A stretch of 43,602 nucleotides of DNA from contig CANQLK010000001.1 of assembly GCA_947624665.1 (NCBI GenBank), positions 1-43,602 of the forward strand. Direction: 5' to 3'. Source of the DNA: Candidatus Gastranaerophilales bacterium (GTDB lineage: Bacteria; Cyanobacteriota; Vampirovibrionia; Gastranaerophilales; Gastranaerophilaceae). Positions 1-8,380 of this stretch are shown in pieces (the stretch's first letter is position 1; every line of letters starts with the position of its first letter). Below the pieces are notes generated by a model that was not told where the DNA came from, ran no database searches, and saw nothing but the letters and a program-made list of their open reading frames with translations. The position numbers were made by a program, and so were the translations under genes.

Positions 1-1
1 A

Positions 2-343
2 ACAGGACTTGTTTATGTCGCACAAAAAGTTGCTAAAACGCACGGCGGAGTTAATCTTATTCCTCTTGCCGTTAACTACACATTCTTGCGTGAGGACAGA
101 CCCGAATGCCTTGCTCAAGTCGGTGAACCTATTGTTATTACTGCCGATAACTGTAATTTTGACAGGCATGAATTCACCTGCAAAATAGCTAAAGAATTTG
201 AAGAACTTTGTGACGAACAACTTAAATCTTTCTCGCATGGCGAAGTTACCGGTTATACCTACGTTTTCAGGCAGGATTTGCCTTGGAACAGAAAAATTGA
301 AAAAAAACTTAAAAACATCGGACTTGAAAATGTTAATCAATAA
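2..343 (+). CDS. 3' fragment of a PlsC-like lysophospholipid/glycerol-phosphate acyltransferase (5' end outside window)
   Basis: Frame 2 is open from base 2 (TGLVYVAQKVAKTHGGVNLIPLAVNYTFLREDRPE...GEPI...) to TAA at 341-343. The TTG start at 86 in the ORF track is a truncation artefact. The sequence pattern resembles the C-terminal part of acyltransferase-family proteins. Confidence 0.45.
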   Translation, partial: TGLVYVAQKVAKTHGGVNLIPLAVNYTFLREDRPECLAQVGEPIVITADNCNFDRHEFTCKIAKEFEELCDEQLKSFSHGEVTGYTYVFRQDLPWNRKIEKKLKNIGLENVNQ

Positions 344-668
344 ATGTTAAATTTGTAAATTTTTTCTGCTTTTTTGAAATTTATATTTTTTTTATTTTTT
401 ATTATTTATAGGAACTTTTTCGTTTTTACGGAAAAGTTTGTGTGAAGTAAAGAATATTAGTAATAGAGAAAAGTATATGAATATTTATTCCGATATAGAG
501 TTGGAAAAAGATATTAAAATATTGCAGTCTGTTTTTAATAAGTACGTGCAATTTTTCATTGCCTGTGACAATAAATTTACGGAAACTCATTGTAAATACA
601 AGCACAGACTTAAATTTATAAATAATCAATTCAATATTATATTTTTTTATAAGAATATTTTCTAACAG

Positions 669-1211
669 TTAAGCGGGGAAATAACCGATATAAGGTAAAT
701 TTCTGAAATAACCTTTATAATCAAGTCCATAACCTACAACAAATTTATCATCCACTTCAAAACCATAGAAATCAGGTTCTAAATCTATCTGCCTTGCACA
801 TTTTTTATTCAACAATGAGGCAAATACCAATTTTTTCGGCTGGTGTTCCATTTTGAATAAATCTATTAAAAATTTTGCCGTCATGCCTGCATCAATTATA
901 TCCTCTACTATCAGCACATTTTTATTATGCAGATTTGGAAGGGTTAAATCTATTGCGTGTACGTTGTTTGTTGATTTTGTTTCATTTCCGTATCTTGATA
1001 TTCTTATGAATTCCATTTGAACGGGATGTTTAAAGTGTTTTACCAAATCCGTACAAAACATTACGGAACCTTTTAATACACATATTACATATATATCTTC
1101 GTCTTTCGGGAATACTTTTTCTATATCTTCGGCAAGAGATATTAATTTATTTTTGAGTTCTTGTTCGCTTATTAAAACTTTTAAATCGTTAATATTTTTA
1201 TCGCATTCCAT
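669..1211 (-). CDS. hpt: hypoxanthine(-guanine) phosphoribosyltransferase
   Basis: 180 aa. PRPP-binding motif VLIVEDIIDAGMT and the C-terminal VGYGLDY signature. Sits immediately downstream of tilS, matching the conserved tilS-hpt pairing. Confidence 0.92.
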   Translation of the reverse strand: MECDKNINDLKVLISEQELKNKLISLAEDIEKVFPKDEDIYVICVLKGSVMFCTDLVKHFKHPVQMEFIRISRYGNETKSTNNVHAIDLTLPNLHNKNVLIVEDIIDAGMTAKFLIDLFKMEHQPKKLVFASLLNKKCARQIDLEPDFYGFEVDDKFVVGYGLDYKGYFRNLPYIGYFPA

Positions 1212-2563
1212 TATAATGCCTCCAATTTAAGCTTATATTCAGGGGTTGCTTCGGCTCTGAGTTTTTCACTCAAACCTACCCCTATTGCCCATAATACCTC
1301 ATTATCCTTACATAATAGTACTATTTTATCTCTGTCATGTTCGGGTATATTTTTATTTATGAAATATTTTTTTAATTTCATTTTCCCCTGCATTCCAAAC
1401 GGTTGAATTATATCTCCGTTTCTTCTTGTTCTTATTGTAAGATTAAATCCTGTTTTATCTAAACTGACATAAGCCGTATGCTCATGTGCTTTTGGATATT
1501 TCTCGGGCTTTTCGGTATTTTTTTCTATGGACAAATTATATAAATTTGCAAAATTATATGTCCCTATACAGCTGACTTTTACTTCATCTTCTATCTTTTT
1601 ATAATGCTCGCTATCTACAAAATATGTATATTTACTTGATACAAACAACCATTTATCATTTGTAAGTGATAGCGTTTTCCCTGTTTTTGAATTCTGATTT
1701 TCACTGATAAATGTTATTATTTCTTGTATTTTTCCAAAACTGGCTTCAAAATCATTTTTAATAAGCAGTTTGTATACAAAATGCTGCTTTATTGCCGAAT
1801 TCAATATTAAAAAATTCTGCGTAAGCCATTTATTCCCTACCGTTATTTGTTTCTCTATATTCTCCATCAGTTCGTTTATGACTTTGTTATTGCCTGCCGC
1901 TATATCAGCCAGCGTTATCAGCGAGTTCTCAATGTTGGGATTTATTAACTTTATTGCAGGCATGATGTTATGACGTATATTATTTCTTGCATATTTTGTA
2001 TTTGCATTGCTTGAATCATTATTAGGATACAGCTCATTTTTTATACAGTATTCTTCAATATCTTTTCTTGAAAAATTCAAAATCGGTCTTATTACTTTAA
2101 AACCCGATAAATCACGAAGCTCTTTTATACCTTCAAGTCCGTTTAATCCAGTACCTTTTATAATTCTGTACAAAATGGTTTCCGCATTATCGCTTTTTGT
2201 ATGTGCGGTTAAAATCGCATCCGCTTCAAATTCTTCTGCACAGCGTTTAAAAAAGTCATATCTCATTTCACGAGCCACAAGTTCGCTCGCTTTTGTACCT
2301 TCAGCTAAAGTGTCGGATATAAATGTAATATCATTATCCTCGCAAAATGCAAGACAGCGTTCTTTCTCGGCTTCCGATTCCTTCCCTCGCCAGTTATGGT
2401 TTAAATGTGCTGCTACCAGTAAAAATCCGTATTCCTTTGAAAGCTTGTTCATTATATCCAACAAACACATAGAATCCCAACCGCCTGAAAATCCAACTAT
2501 AAATGTTGTTTCGCAGGAGATATTTACATACTTCTTTATAATATTTCTTACTGTTTCTTTCAT
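1211..2563 (-). CDS. tilS: tRNA(Ile)-lysidine synthetase
   Basis: 450 aa. N-terminal PP-loop motif GFSGGWDSMCLL (SGGxDS). Length and the C-terminal substrate-binding region are typical. One-nt overlap with the hpt start. Confidence 0.9.
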   Translation of the reverse strand: MKETVRNIIKKYVNISCETTFIVGFSGGWDSMCLLDIMNKLSKEYGFLLVAAHLNHNWRGKESEAEKERCLAFCEDNDITFISDTLAEGTKASELVAREMRYDFFKRCAEEFEADAILTAHTKSDNAETILYRIIKGTGLNGLEGIKELRDLSGFKVIRPILNFSRKDIEEYCIKNELYPNNDSSNANTKYARNNIRHNIMPAIKLINPNIENSLITLADIAAGNNKVINELMENIEKQITVGNKWLTQNFLILNSAIKQHFVYKLLIKNDFEASFGKIQEIITFISENQNSKTGKTLSLTNDKWLFVSSKYTYFVDSEHYKKIEDEVKVSCIGTYNFANLYNLSIEKNTEKPEKYPKAHEHTAYVSLDKTGFNLTIRTRRNGDIIQPFGMQGKMKLKKYFINKNIPEHDRDKIVLLCKDNEVLWAIGVGLSEKLRAEATPEYKLKLEAL

Positions 2564-2593
2564 CTATTATATTATAGCAGATTACTCAATTTT

Positions 2594-4075
2594 TTACTCA
2601 TTCGTTTTTATATTGTTTTCTTTATTATATTTGTCTAACGCCTCTGCGCATTTTGTTACATCCCAAAATTCATTTTTTAAATCTAATTTTATTCCAAACG
2701 GTACTGACATTTTGTCTTGAGCAACATATAAAGTTTCTCTTTCATTTACATCACCAATATCACGTGATTCTTTATAACTTACCAACAGTGTCTTTAATTC
2801 ATACGTATCTGAAAAAATTATACTTGTTGCAGAATATACGCCATGCCAGATATATCTTCTTAACTGCGGATTAAAAAATGATGATATCTCCTCATGTTCT
2901 TCAGGAATATATAATTCTGAAGTTTCATTTGCCAGCTCTTTTTTCATATAACTTATATTTTCATTCCAGAAATAAGTATTAACCATTTGCCAGCACGTTT
3001 GAAATATACAGCAAATTAATGATATACATATAAAATTAGCTATTCTTATTTGATTTATAGGTTTATTTATTACGTCTTTGATAAACAAACCCATAAATAT
3101 AATTACTGAAACATAACAAACCATTGTTCTGCAATGTAATTCCCACATAGGTACTAACGATTCATCTAATGTATTTATTAAATATTCGAATACACCTATA
3201 TATACTAATCCGATAAATATTAAACTGATTATTCCTAAATACTTCTTTTTAAAAATAAATATTCCTAATATAACCAGTGTAATTATACTTATTAATATGT
3301 TCATATCATAAGCATAATAAAGAAAATCGTAAAATTCTTTAAAAAATCTTTTAATTTCTCCATCTTCACCGGGTACATTTATCATATATATTATGTCAAA
3401 TAAAGATACAATAAGGCTTCCGTACCCTATTATGCTTTTAATAACTTTGTTATAAAGCTTTTTTTCTCTTTTTACATATAAAAAATGAGCTATAAAGAAA
3501 AATAATCCGAGATAAGAAATATATTCATAAGTTCCCGCCATCATTATAAGAAGAAATATAATAAATAAAATATCCCGTTTTTTATAATCTATATCTGAAA
3601 CCAAATAATTCCATAATATAAAGTTAAATGTTAACCCTATAAGTGTTTCCACAACTGAAAAAATCATAAACAGACAAAGTATTGCACCATAAGAAAATAT
3701 ATTCCAACAAAGTATATCTGTTCTTTTTGTTCTTTTTGTCAGTTGATAGTTCCATAATAAGGCCAAAAAGGGGAAAGCGAACTGCCCAAAGGAATATGCT
3801 CCCATTAAAATAAACTTGCTTTTTATTCCGAGCATATATGCAAATAATATCGGAGATTGCATTAATGCCATAATACAAAATCTTACATGGCTTGGATCAA
3901 ATTCTACTTTATATATACCGTTAGTTAAATTTTGCAGATGACAAATCATAAAATATGCACCGTCACAGTACATTCCTCTATGACAAACTATCGCATATAC
4001 AATATGTATTATGGATACAATTATAAACGTTAAAAATAATAATTTAAAAGATTTTTGTTTACATAAATCTTCCAT
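2594..4075 (-). CDS. polytopic integral membrane protein, unknown function (more than 10 predicted TM segments plus a C-terminal soluble domain)
   Basis: Long ORF with many hydrophobic segments. I prefer the ATG at 4075 (MEDLCKQ...) because GGAGGG lies 4 nt upstream; the track start at 4120 has no RBS. No recognisable catalytic motif. Confidence 0.6.
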   Translation of the reverse strand: MEDLCKQKSFKLLFLTFIIVSIIHIVYAIVCHRGMYCDGAYFMICHLQNLTNGIYKVEFDPSHVRFCIMALMQSPILFAYMLGIKSKFILMGAYSFGQFAFPFLALLWNYQLTKRTKRTDILCWNIFSYGAILCLFMIFSVVETLIGLTFNFILWNYLVSDIDYKKRDILFIIFLLIMMAGTYEYISYLGLFFFIAHFLYVKREKKLYNKVIKSIIGYGSLIVSLFDIIYMINVPGEDGEIKRFFKEFYDFLYYAYDMNILISIITLVILGIFIFKKKYLGIISLIFIGLVYIGVFEYLINTLDESLVPMWELHCRTMVCYVSVIIFMGLFIKDVINKPINQIRIANFICISLICCIFQTCWQMVNTYFWNENISYMKKELANETSELYIPEEHEEISSFFNPQLRRYIWHGVYSATSIIFSDTYELKTLLVSYKESRDIGDVNERETLYVAQDKMSVPFGIKLDLKNEFWDVTKCAEALDKYNKENNIKTNE

Positions 4076-4196
4076 AATCCCTCCAATGAAATAATTATAA
4101 CATAATTTATAAATAATCATTTTTTATAGACATATTGGGAATATGGTTTTTATTTATTTAGTCTAATCTTTTATAAAACGGAAAGGAGATTAAATT

Positions 4197-4562
4197 ATGT
4201 TATATAGAGCAATAGAACCCGAAGAATTTTTTAATGAAAAAGATGCCGACCATGAAATTGTTGATATTCTTCAAAACAACGGGGCTCATTTAAAGTTGGT
4301 TTATCTTAAAAAAGAAAACAGCTTTGACTCTCACGTTTCAAATACAGACGTATGTATTTATCTTTTAAACGGCGAACTGGAAATCAGCTTTTCAAAAGAA
4401 AATAACTGCGGCTGCAGTATTTGCGGATGTGATGAAGCTGAAGAAGATGAAAATTACAGAAAATACAAAATTAAAAAAGGTCAGTTATTTTTGTTTGAAA
4501 AGGATGTTCTGCATTCCCTAACCGCATTAAAAGATTCTGCTTTTATGCTGATAAAAATTTAA
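4197..4562 (+). CDS. small cupin-like protein with a Cys-rich insert (CGCSICGC)
   Basis: 121 aa, with AAAGGAG RBS upstream. The beta-rich pattern (HLKLVYLKKENSFDSHVS...IYLLNGELEI...LFLFEKDVLHSL) is typical of single-domain cupins. Confidence 0.55.
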   Translation: MLYRAIEPEEFFNEKDADHEIVDILQNNGAHLKLVYLKKENSFDSHVSNTDVCIYLLNGELEISFSKENNCGCSICGCDEAEEDENYRKYKIKKGQLFLFEKDVLHSLTALKDSAFMLIKI

Positions 4563-4566
4563 TATA

Positions 4567-4757
4567 TTGTCCGAGTAAATTTTTACGATAAGCCAAGGAG
4601 CGACGAGACCGAGCGTAAAGCAATTTCAAGACAGCGAAATTGCGGACGGACGAAGTCCGGTAAGCGAGGTCGGAAGCGAGTACAAGGCGATAAGCCGAAG
4701 GAGCGACGAGACCGAGCGTAAAGCAATTTCAAGACAGCAAGCGTAATGTTGCGACAC
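4567..4757 (+). repeat. GC-rich intergenic repeat, family A copy 1 (about 1.9 units of a ~102-nt tandem module)
   Basis: 4609-4689 is identical to the reverse complement of 17544-17624 (81 nt). An internal direct repeat of ~50 nt occurs at 4586-4635 and 4688-4738. Local hairpins are GCAATTTC-N8-GAAATTGC and CGGAC-GAA-GTCCG. GC content is far above the flanks. Confidence 0.9.
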
Positions 4758-4792
4758 TGGATTATATTACCTTATTACTATACAACGTATTG

Positions 4793-4827
4793 CAGACAGG
4801 AAATTTTTATTTCTTGTCTGTTTTTTT
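4793..4827 (+). terminator. rho-independent terminator following repeat A1
   Basis: Stem CAGACAGGAAAT / ATTTCTTGTCTG with one mismatch, followed by TTTTTTT. Confidence 0.7.
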
Positions 4828-4839
4828 ACGTAACATTTC

Positions 4840-4869
4840 TTGTAAAAATCAAATTTAATCATATATAAT
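4840..4869 (+). promoter_or_regulatory. candidate sigma70-type promoter for the 4892 operon
   Basis: TTGTAA (4840-4845), 18-nt spacer, TATAAT (4864-4869). An AGGA RBS lies 7 nt before the ATG at 4892. AT-rich DNA makes false positives likely. Confidence 0.35.
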
Positions 4870-4891
4870 AAGATATGATAGGATAGTTTAT

Positions 4892-5599
4892 ATGAAAAAG
4901 ATTTTTGTATTTATAATTGCTTTTGCATTTATGCTTAGTTTTTCTTTGAATGGTCAAGCAGGTGCGGCTGAAATTCAAAAAGGCAAAATTATAGAAATTA
5001 TAAGCATTCAAAAACGGATTAACAATATAGGTCTTAAATTGCTTAATGCAAATAAAATTGATAAAAGAATGATTTTTGTTTATGACCCAAAAATAAAAAA
5101 AATAAATTTTGAACCCGGACTTAGAAAAAGACAGATAATTGTTTATAAAAACTATATACAATTTGCCGATAATGATGATGAAATAGCTGCATTTCTGGCA
5201 AGAGAAACAGTAAAAACTTATCATTCATATTTAGGAGGAAAAGGCTGGGTTTCTTCCGCGCAGGTAAAGCTTGCGCCTAAAAAATTTGAGATATATTTTG
5301 ATAAAAGAGCCGTTGATTTTATGGTTAATGCAGGGTTTAACCCTTTGGGTTTGATAACTTTTATTAATAAATCTTATCCTCAAAAACGCAGCGACAGATT
5401 TGGCAGAACCAATTTAACTTCCAAAAGACTTGCTAATATCTATGAATATATTTACACAAAATATCCTTATTTCCTTAAATATAATACATATTTAAACAAC
5501 GAGGCTTACCAAAATTTCCTTCTGACTTCGGAAAACAACAGAAAAAAACTCTATGAGAAAATAAAATCAAATTCCAAAAAGGCCGTTAAATATGAATAA
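4892..5599 (+). CDS. secreted M48-like (BepA/LoiP-type) protein with a degenerate active site
   Basis: Signal peptide MKKIFVFIIAFAFMLSFSLNGQAGA. The segment DDEIAAFLARETVKTYH aligns by eye to the M48 motif (D/E)LAAVLAHExxH with H->R and H->K. The downstream FDKRAVDFMVNAGFNPLGLITFINK resembles the ExxAD...AGYDP block. Confidence 0.55.
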   Translation: MKKIFVFIIAFAFMLSFSLNGQAGAAEIQKGKIIEIISIQKRINNIGLKLLNANKIDKRMIFVYDPKIKKINFEPGLRKRQIIVYKNYIQFADNDDEIAAFLARETVKTYHSYLGGKGWVSSAQVKLAPKKFEIYFDKRAVDFMVNAGFNPLGLITFINKSYPQKRSDRFGRTNLTSKRLANIYEYIYTKYPYFLKYNTYLNNEAYQNFLLTSENNRKKLYEKIKSNSKKAVKYE

Positions 5600-6179
5600 G
5601 ATATTTTTCAGCTTAATTTTTATACTCACCGCATTTTTTTCTGCTTCATACGCTAAAGAAAAAATTGATGACGAAATTATGAATGAACTTTTGAATAACG
5701 TTGATACCGTTATGCCCGAAATTAACAACCAATATGACTATCAGAGTTTTGAAAAAATACCGATTCAGCTTGTAATATCAAAAAAAATATCCACAAAAAA
5801 AGATAATGTCTATGATAATGAAGAATTAATTTTTTATGTAAAAAATCCCGTCAAATACAAAAATAAAATAATTATTGAAAAAGGCGAAGAAGTTAAAGCC
5901 AATGTAGCCTTATACACAACAAAAGGTATGAACGGAGTTCCCGCTTGTATTGTTGTGGAAAATTTCAAAATTGACGGAATTGATTCAAAAAAAATAAAAG
6001 GTTCATATATTAAAAGAGGATTGAATCTGACTCCGATGGTTATGCCGATAAAATGGTCACTGACCCCTATCCCGGGTGTCGGGTCTCTTACCAACTTTAT
6101 CTTAGGCGGGCATGCTACTATTGATAAATCTGATATCGTTACAATTTATTATTATCCGAATTGGAATTTATCTCTTTAA
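5592..6179 (+). CDS. secreted/periplasmic protein of unknown function
   Basis: 195 aa with N-terminal signal peptide MNKIFFSLIFILTAFFSASYA. 8-nt overlap (ATGAATAA) with the preceding gene suggests co-translation. Confidence 0.55.
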   Translation: MNKIFFSLIFILTAFFSASYAKEKIDDEIMNELLNNVDTVMPEINNQYDYQSFEKIPIQLVISKKISTKKDNVYDNEELIFYVKNPVKYKNKIIIEKGEEVKANVALYTTKGMNGVPACIVVENFKIDGIDSKKIKGSYIKRGLNLTPMVMPIKWSLTPIPGVGSLTNFILGGHATIDKSDIVTIYYYPNWNLSL

Positions 6180-6231
6180 TATTGACTTAAATTATTTGTT
6201 TGGTAAGTTAATTTATATAAAGGAGATATTT

Positions 6232-7086
6232 ATGGAACAGGTTTTACAGGAAATTTTGCTTAAACAGGCAGGAAAAATTGACTTTTTGCTTATAGCAAAA
6301 ACTATATTTGAAATCATAGTTTTTATATTTTTTATAAGGTTTGTAAATAAAGCATTTCACATATTTTTCGAGAAAATAATTGAGCGTTTAAATGATACTG
6401 AAACAAAAAAGCTTTATATGACACTGCGACAACTTGGTGTTTATATAATAGATGCAATAATAGTACTGTTTTTCACAACAAACATATTGGGAAATTTCGG
6501 TATTGATATGAAACCGATATTGGCAACGGCAGGTGTTTTAGGTGTTGCTGTCGGTTTTGGCGGTAAAAAATTTGTTGAGGACGTATTCACGGGACTCTCA
6601 ATTATTTTGACAGGTCAGCTTAGAGTAGGTGATTTTGTTACGGTTAATAATTCAACGGGTTATGTTGAAAAAGTTACGTTAACAATGGTTGTTATTAGAA
6701 CCTTTAACGGTGATGTTCACTACCTTAGAAACGGTCAGATTGATACGGTTATTAACCAGACAAAAAATTATTCGTTTCCTGTTTTTAATTTTTCCGTTGC
6801 ATATAAATCTGATATTGTTCACGTAATGAAAGTATTAAAAGAACTTGGACAAGAACTTAGAGAAGATAATGTATACTCAAAATTCGTATTATCCGATATA
6901 GAAGTACTGGGATTAAATGAATTTCAGGATTCGGCCGTTGTAATTCAGTGCAGAATTAAAACAACGCCTCAAGAACAATGGATGATTAAACGTAAATTTA
7001 ATCAAATGGTAAAAGAAAGATTTGAAAAAGAAGGAATTGAAATTCCGTTTCCTCAAATTGTTGTTAGTCAAAATAAAAACGATTAA
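6232..7086 (+). CDS. MscS-family small-conductance mechanosensitive channel
   Basis: ATG at 6232 is preceded by AAGGAG. TM segments are followed by the conserved MscS beta-domain pattern (GDFVTVNNSTGYVEKVTLTMVVIRTFNGDVHYLRNGQI). The track start at 6112 overlaps the upstream gene and lacks an RBS. Confidence 0.85.
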   Translation: MEQVLQEILLKQAGKIDFLLIAKTIFEIIVFIFFIRFVNKAFHIFFEKIIERLNDTETKKLYMTLRQLGVYIIDAIIVLFFTTNILGNFGIDMKPILATAGVLGVAVGFGGKKFVEDVFTGLSIILTGQLRVGDFVTVNNSTGYVEKVTLTMVVIRTFNGDVHYLRNGQIDTVINQTKNYSFPVFNFSVAYKSDIVHVMKVLKELGQELREDNVYSKFVLSDIEVLGLNEFQDSAVVIQCRIKTTPQEQWMIKRKFNQMVKERFEKEGIEIPFPQIVVSQNKND

Positions 7087-7865
7087 AAAATATTGGAAAA
7101 CGATAAAAAATAATCCGATATAACATCAAACAACTGCGGCATAACTATTATTAAAATAGCAGCACCCATGCAGGGTTTAAATAAAAAACTCATCTGAAAA
7201 ACATTAACCTGAGGCGCTGTTTTTGAAATAATACCAAGAATAATATCCTGACCTAAAGTTGCAATTAAAACGGGAGAACCGATTTGCAAGCCGACATATA
7301 AAACGTTTGATGTTATTTTTATCAAATACGGCATATTGACTATTTCATCAATCGGCACAAAAGAACCGTATATCGGAAATATTTCAAAACTTCTTATAAA
7401 AGCATTGAAAGTCCAGTATGCACCGCCTATTTCAAGGAATATAATTATACCAAGAATGCTGAACAATTTTCCCATAATGGAAAGCTGAGAAGAAGTAGAC
7501 GGATCCATAATTGTTGCAGATGATACACCTTGCTGCATATTAATAATATCACCACCGGCTTCTGCTGCCGATATTATACAATTTACTATAAATCCGATTA
7601 AAGCTCCGCATAAGAAATTTATTATTATTGTATAGACAATCGGAGTTGAGTTTTGAGATATTTCAGGTCTTAAAAACATTGTTAGCATTATCGAAAACAG
7701 AAGCGCAAAACCTACTTTTGCCAACATAGGAATTTCTGTTCTGTTTAGAAACGGTGTAGTTCTCATTAAACCGACAACCCTTGCAAATATAGGAATACCT
7801 GCCGCCAACATTTTGTTTACTTCGGGAAAATATTTAGGAAATTCATTTATAATAATATCTAACAT
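7083..7865 (-). CDS. fliR: flagellar export gate protein FliR
   Basis: 260 aa polytopic protein, last gene of the fliOPQR order. N-terminal motif RVVGLMRTTPFL is typical of FliR/T3SS SctT. Confidence 0.85.
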   Translation of the reverse strand: MLDIIINEFPKYFPEVNKMLAAGIPIFARVVGLMRTTPFLNRTEIPMLAKVGFALLFSIMLTMFLRPEISQNSTPIVYTIIINFLCGALIGFIVNCIISAAEAGGDIINMQQGVSSATIMDPSTSSQLSIMGKLFSILGIIIFLEIGGAYWTFNAFIRSFEIFPIYGSFVPIDEIVNMPYLIKITSNVLYVGLQIGSPVLIATLGQDIILGIISKTAPQVNVFQMSFLFKPCMGAAILIIVMPQLFDVISDYFLSFSNIF

Positions 7866-7871
7866 ATTTTA

Positions 7872-8372
7872 TTAATTTCTTCCGTTTTCAAAAATTTTCT
7901 TTTGTTCTGCCAAGTTAGGTGTCGGGACGTTTGTTGCCCCGTTTCTTAGGAAGTTAAAAGTTTCTTTTTTGTTATTTGTCATTGGTTTTGCGGCATTTTG
8001 CATTATTTGTGACATAGGTGTCATATCTTTTTTTACGTCTGTCTTCATTTCGTCTATAAACGGTTTTGTATAGTTATAATAATCGGCAGGCAGAACAAAT
8101 TCGTCATTTTTAGGAACGACCTGAAAAGCTATATTGCTGCCTTCCGTAAAAAGGTTCGTAAGAAGCTTTAAATATGAAGTACCGAGAATAATAATTACAA
8201 GAAATACTGCAAAAATTTTAGGTGCTGCAGCAATAGTCTGTTCCTGAACCTGAGTAACAGCCTGCAAAATACCCACAACCAAACCTATTGCGGCTGCCGT
8301 TAATACGCACGGCATTGCAATCATTAACATAGTGATTAAACCTTGTGCGAAAAATTCTATCAGTATTTCCAT
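7872..8372 (-). CDS. fliQ: flagellar export gate protein FliQ with an unusual ~80-aa hydrophilic C-terminal extension
   Basis: The first ~88 aa carry the FliQ two-TM hairpin with the AVTQVQEQT motif. The ORF continues uninterrupted to 166 aa. Confidence 0.85.
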   Translation of the reverse strand: MEILIEFFAQGLITMLMIAMPCVLTAAAIGLVVGILQAVTQVQEQTIAAAPKIFAVFLVIIILGTSYLKLLTNLFTEGSNIAFQVVPKNDEFVLPADYYNYTKPFIDEMKTDVKKDMTPMSQIMQNAAKPMTNNKKETFNFLRNGATNVPTPNLAEQKKIFENGRN

Positions 8373-8380
8373 TTTTACCT

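Noticed and set aside
426-665. Two overlapping small ORFs (67 aa minus strand, 75 aa plus strand) in the 325-nt spacer between the acyltransferase fragment and hpt.
   Set aside because: They are mutually exclusive, show no convincing RBS, and have AT-biased composition with no recognisable motif. The spacer is more likely promoter/terminator space. A small protein cannot be excluded.
2007-2720. Long antisense ORFs: 237 aa opposite tilS, 161 aa at 9650-10135 opposite the fliM/N gene, 162 aa at 40635-41123 opposite dnaN, and several 60-95 aa ORFs inside dnaK, pgk, fabF, nanE and others.
   Set aside because: Each lies entirely within a CDS that has strong family motifs. Their translations are low-complexity (Ser/Phe/Ile/Leu-rich) with no RBS or motif, so they are typical shadow ORFs.
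4586-4738. Direct repeat of ~50 nt separated by ~52 nt within repeat A1; considered as a mini CRISPR array.
   Set aside because: There are only two units, the repeat length is outside the usual 28-37 nt, and the 'spacer' is itself the conserved core shared with copy A2. No cas genes are present. It is better explained as a tandem duplication of a modular element.
4746-4868. 40-codon hydrophobic ORF (MLRHWIILPYYY...) starting inside the end of repeat A1; considered as a type I toxin-like peptide.
   Set aside because: The equivalent frame in copy A2 stops after 10 codons, so it is not conserved. The ORF also runs through the terminator and promoter-like region.
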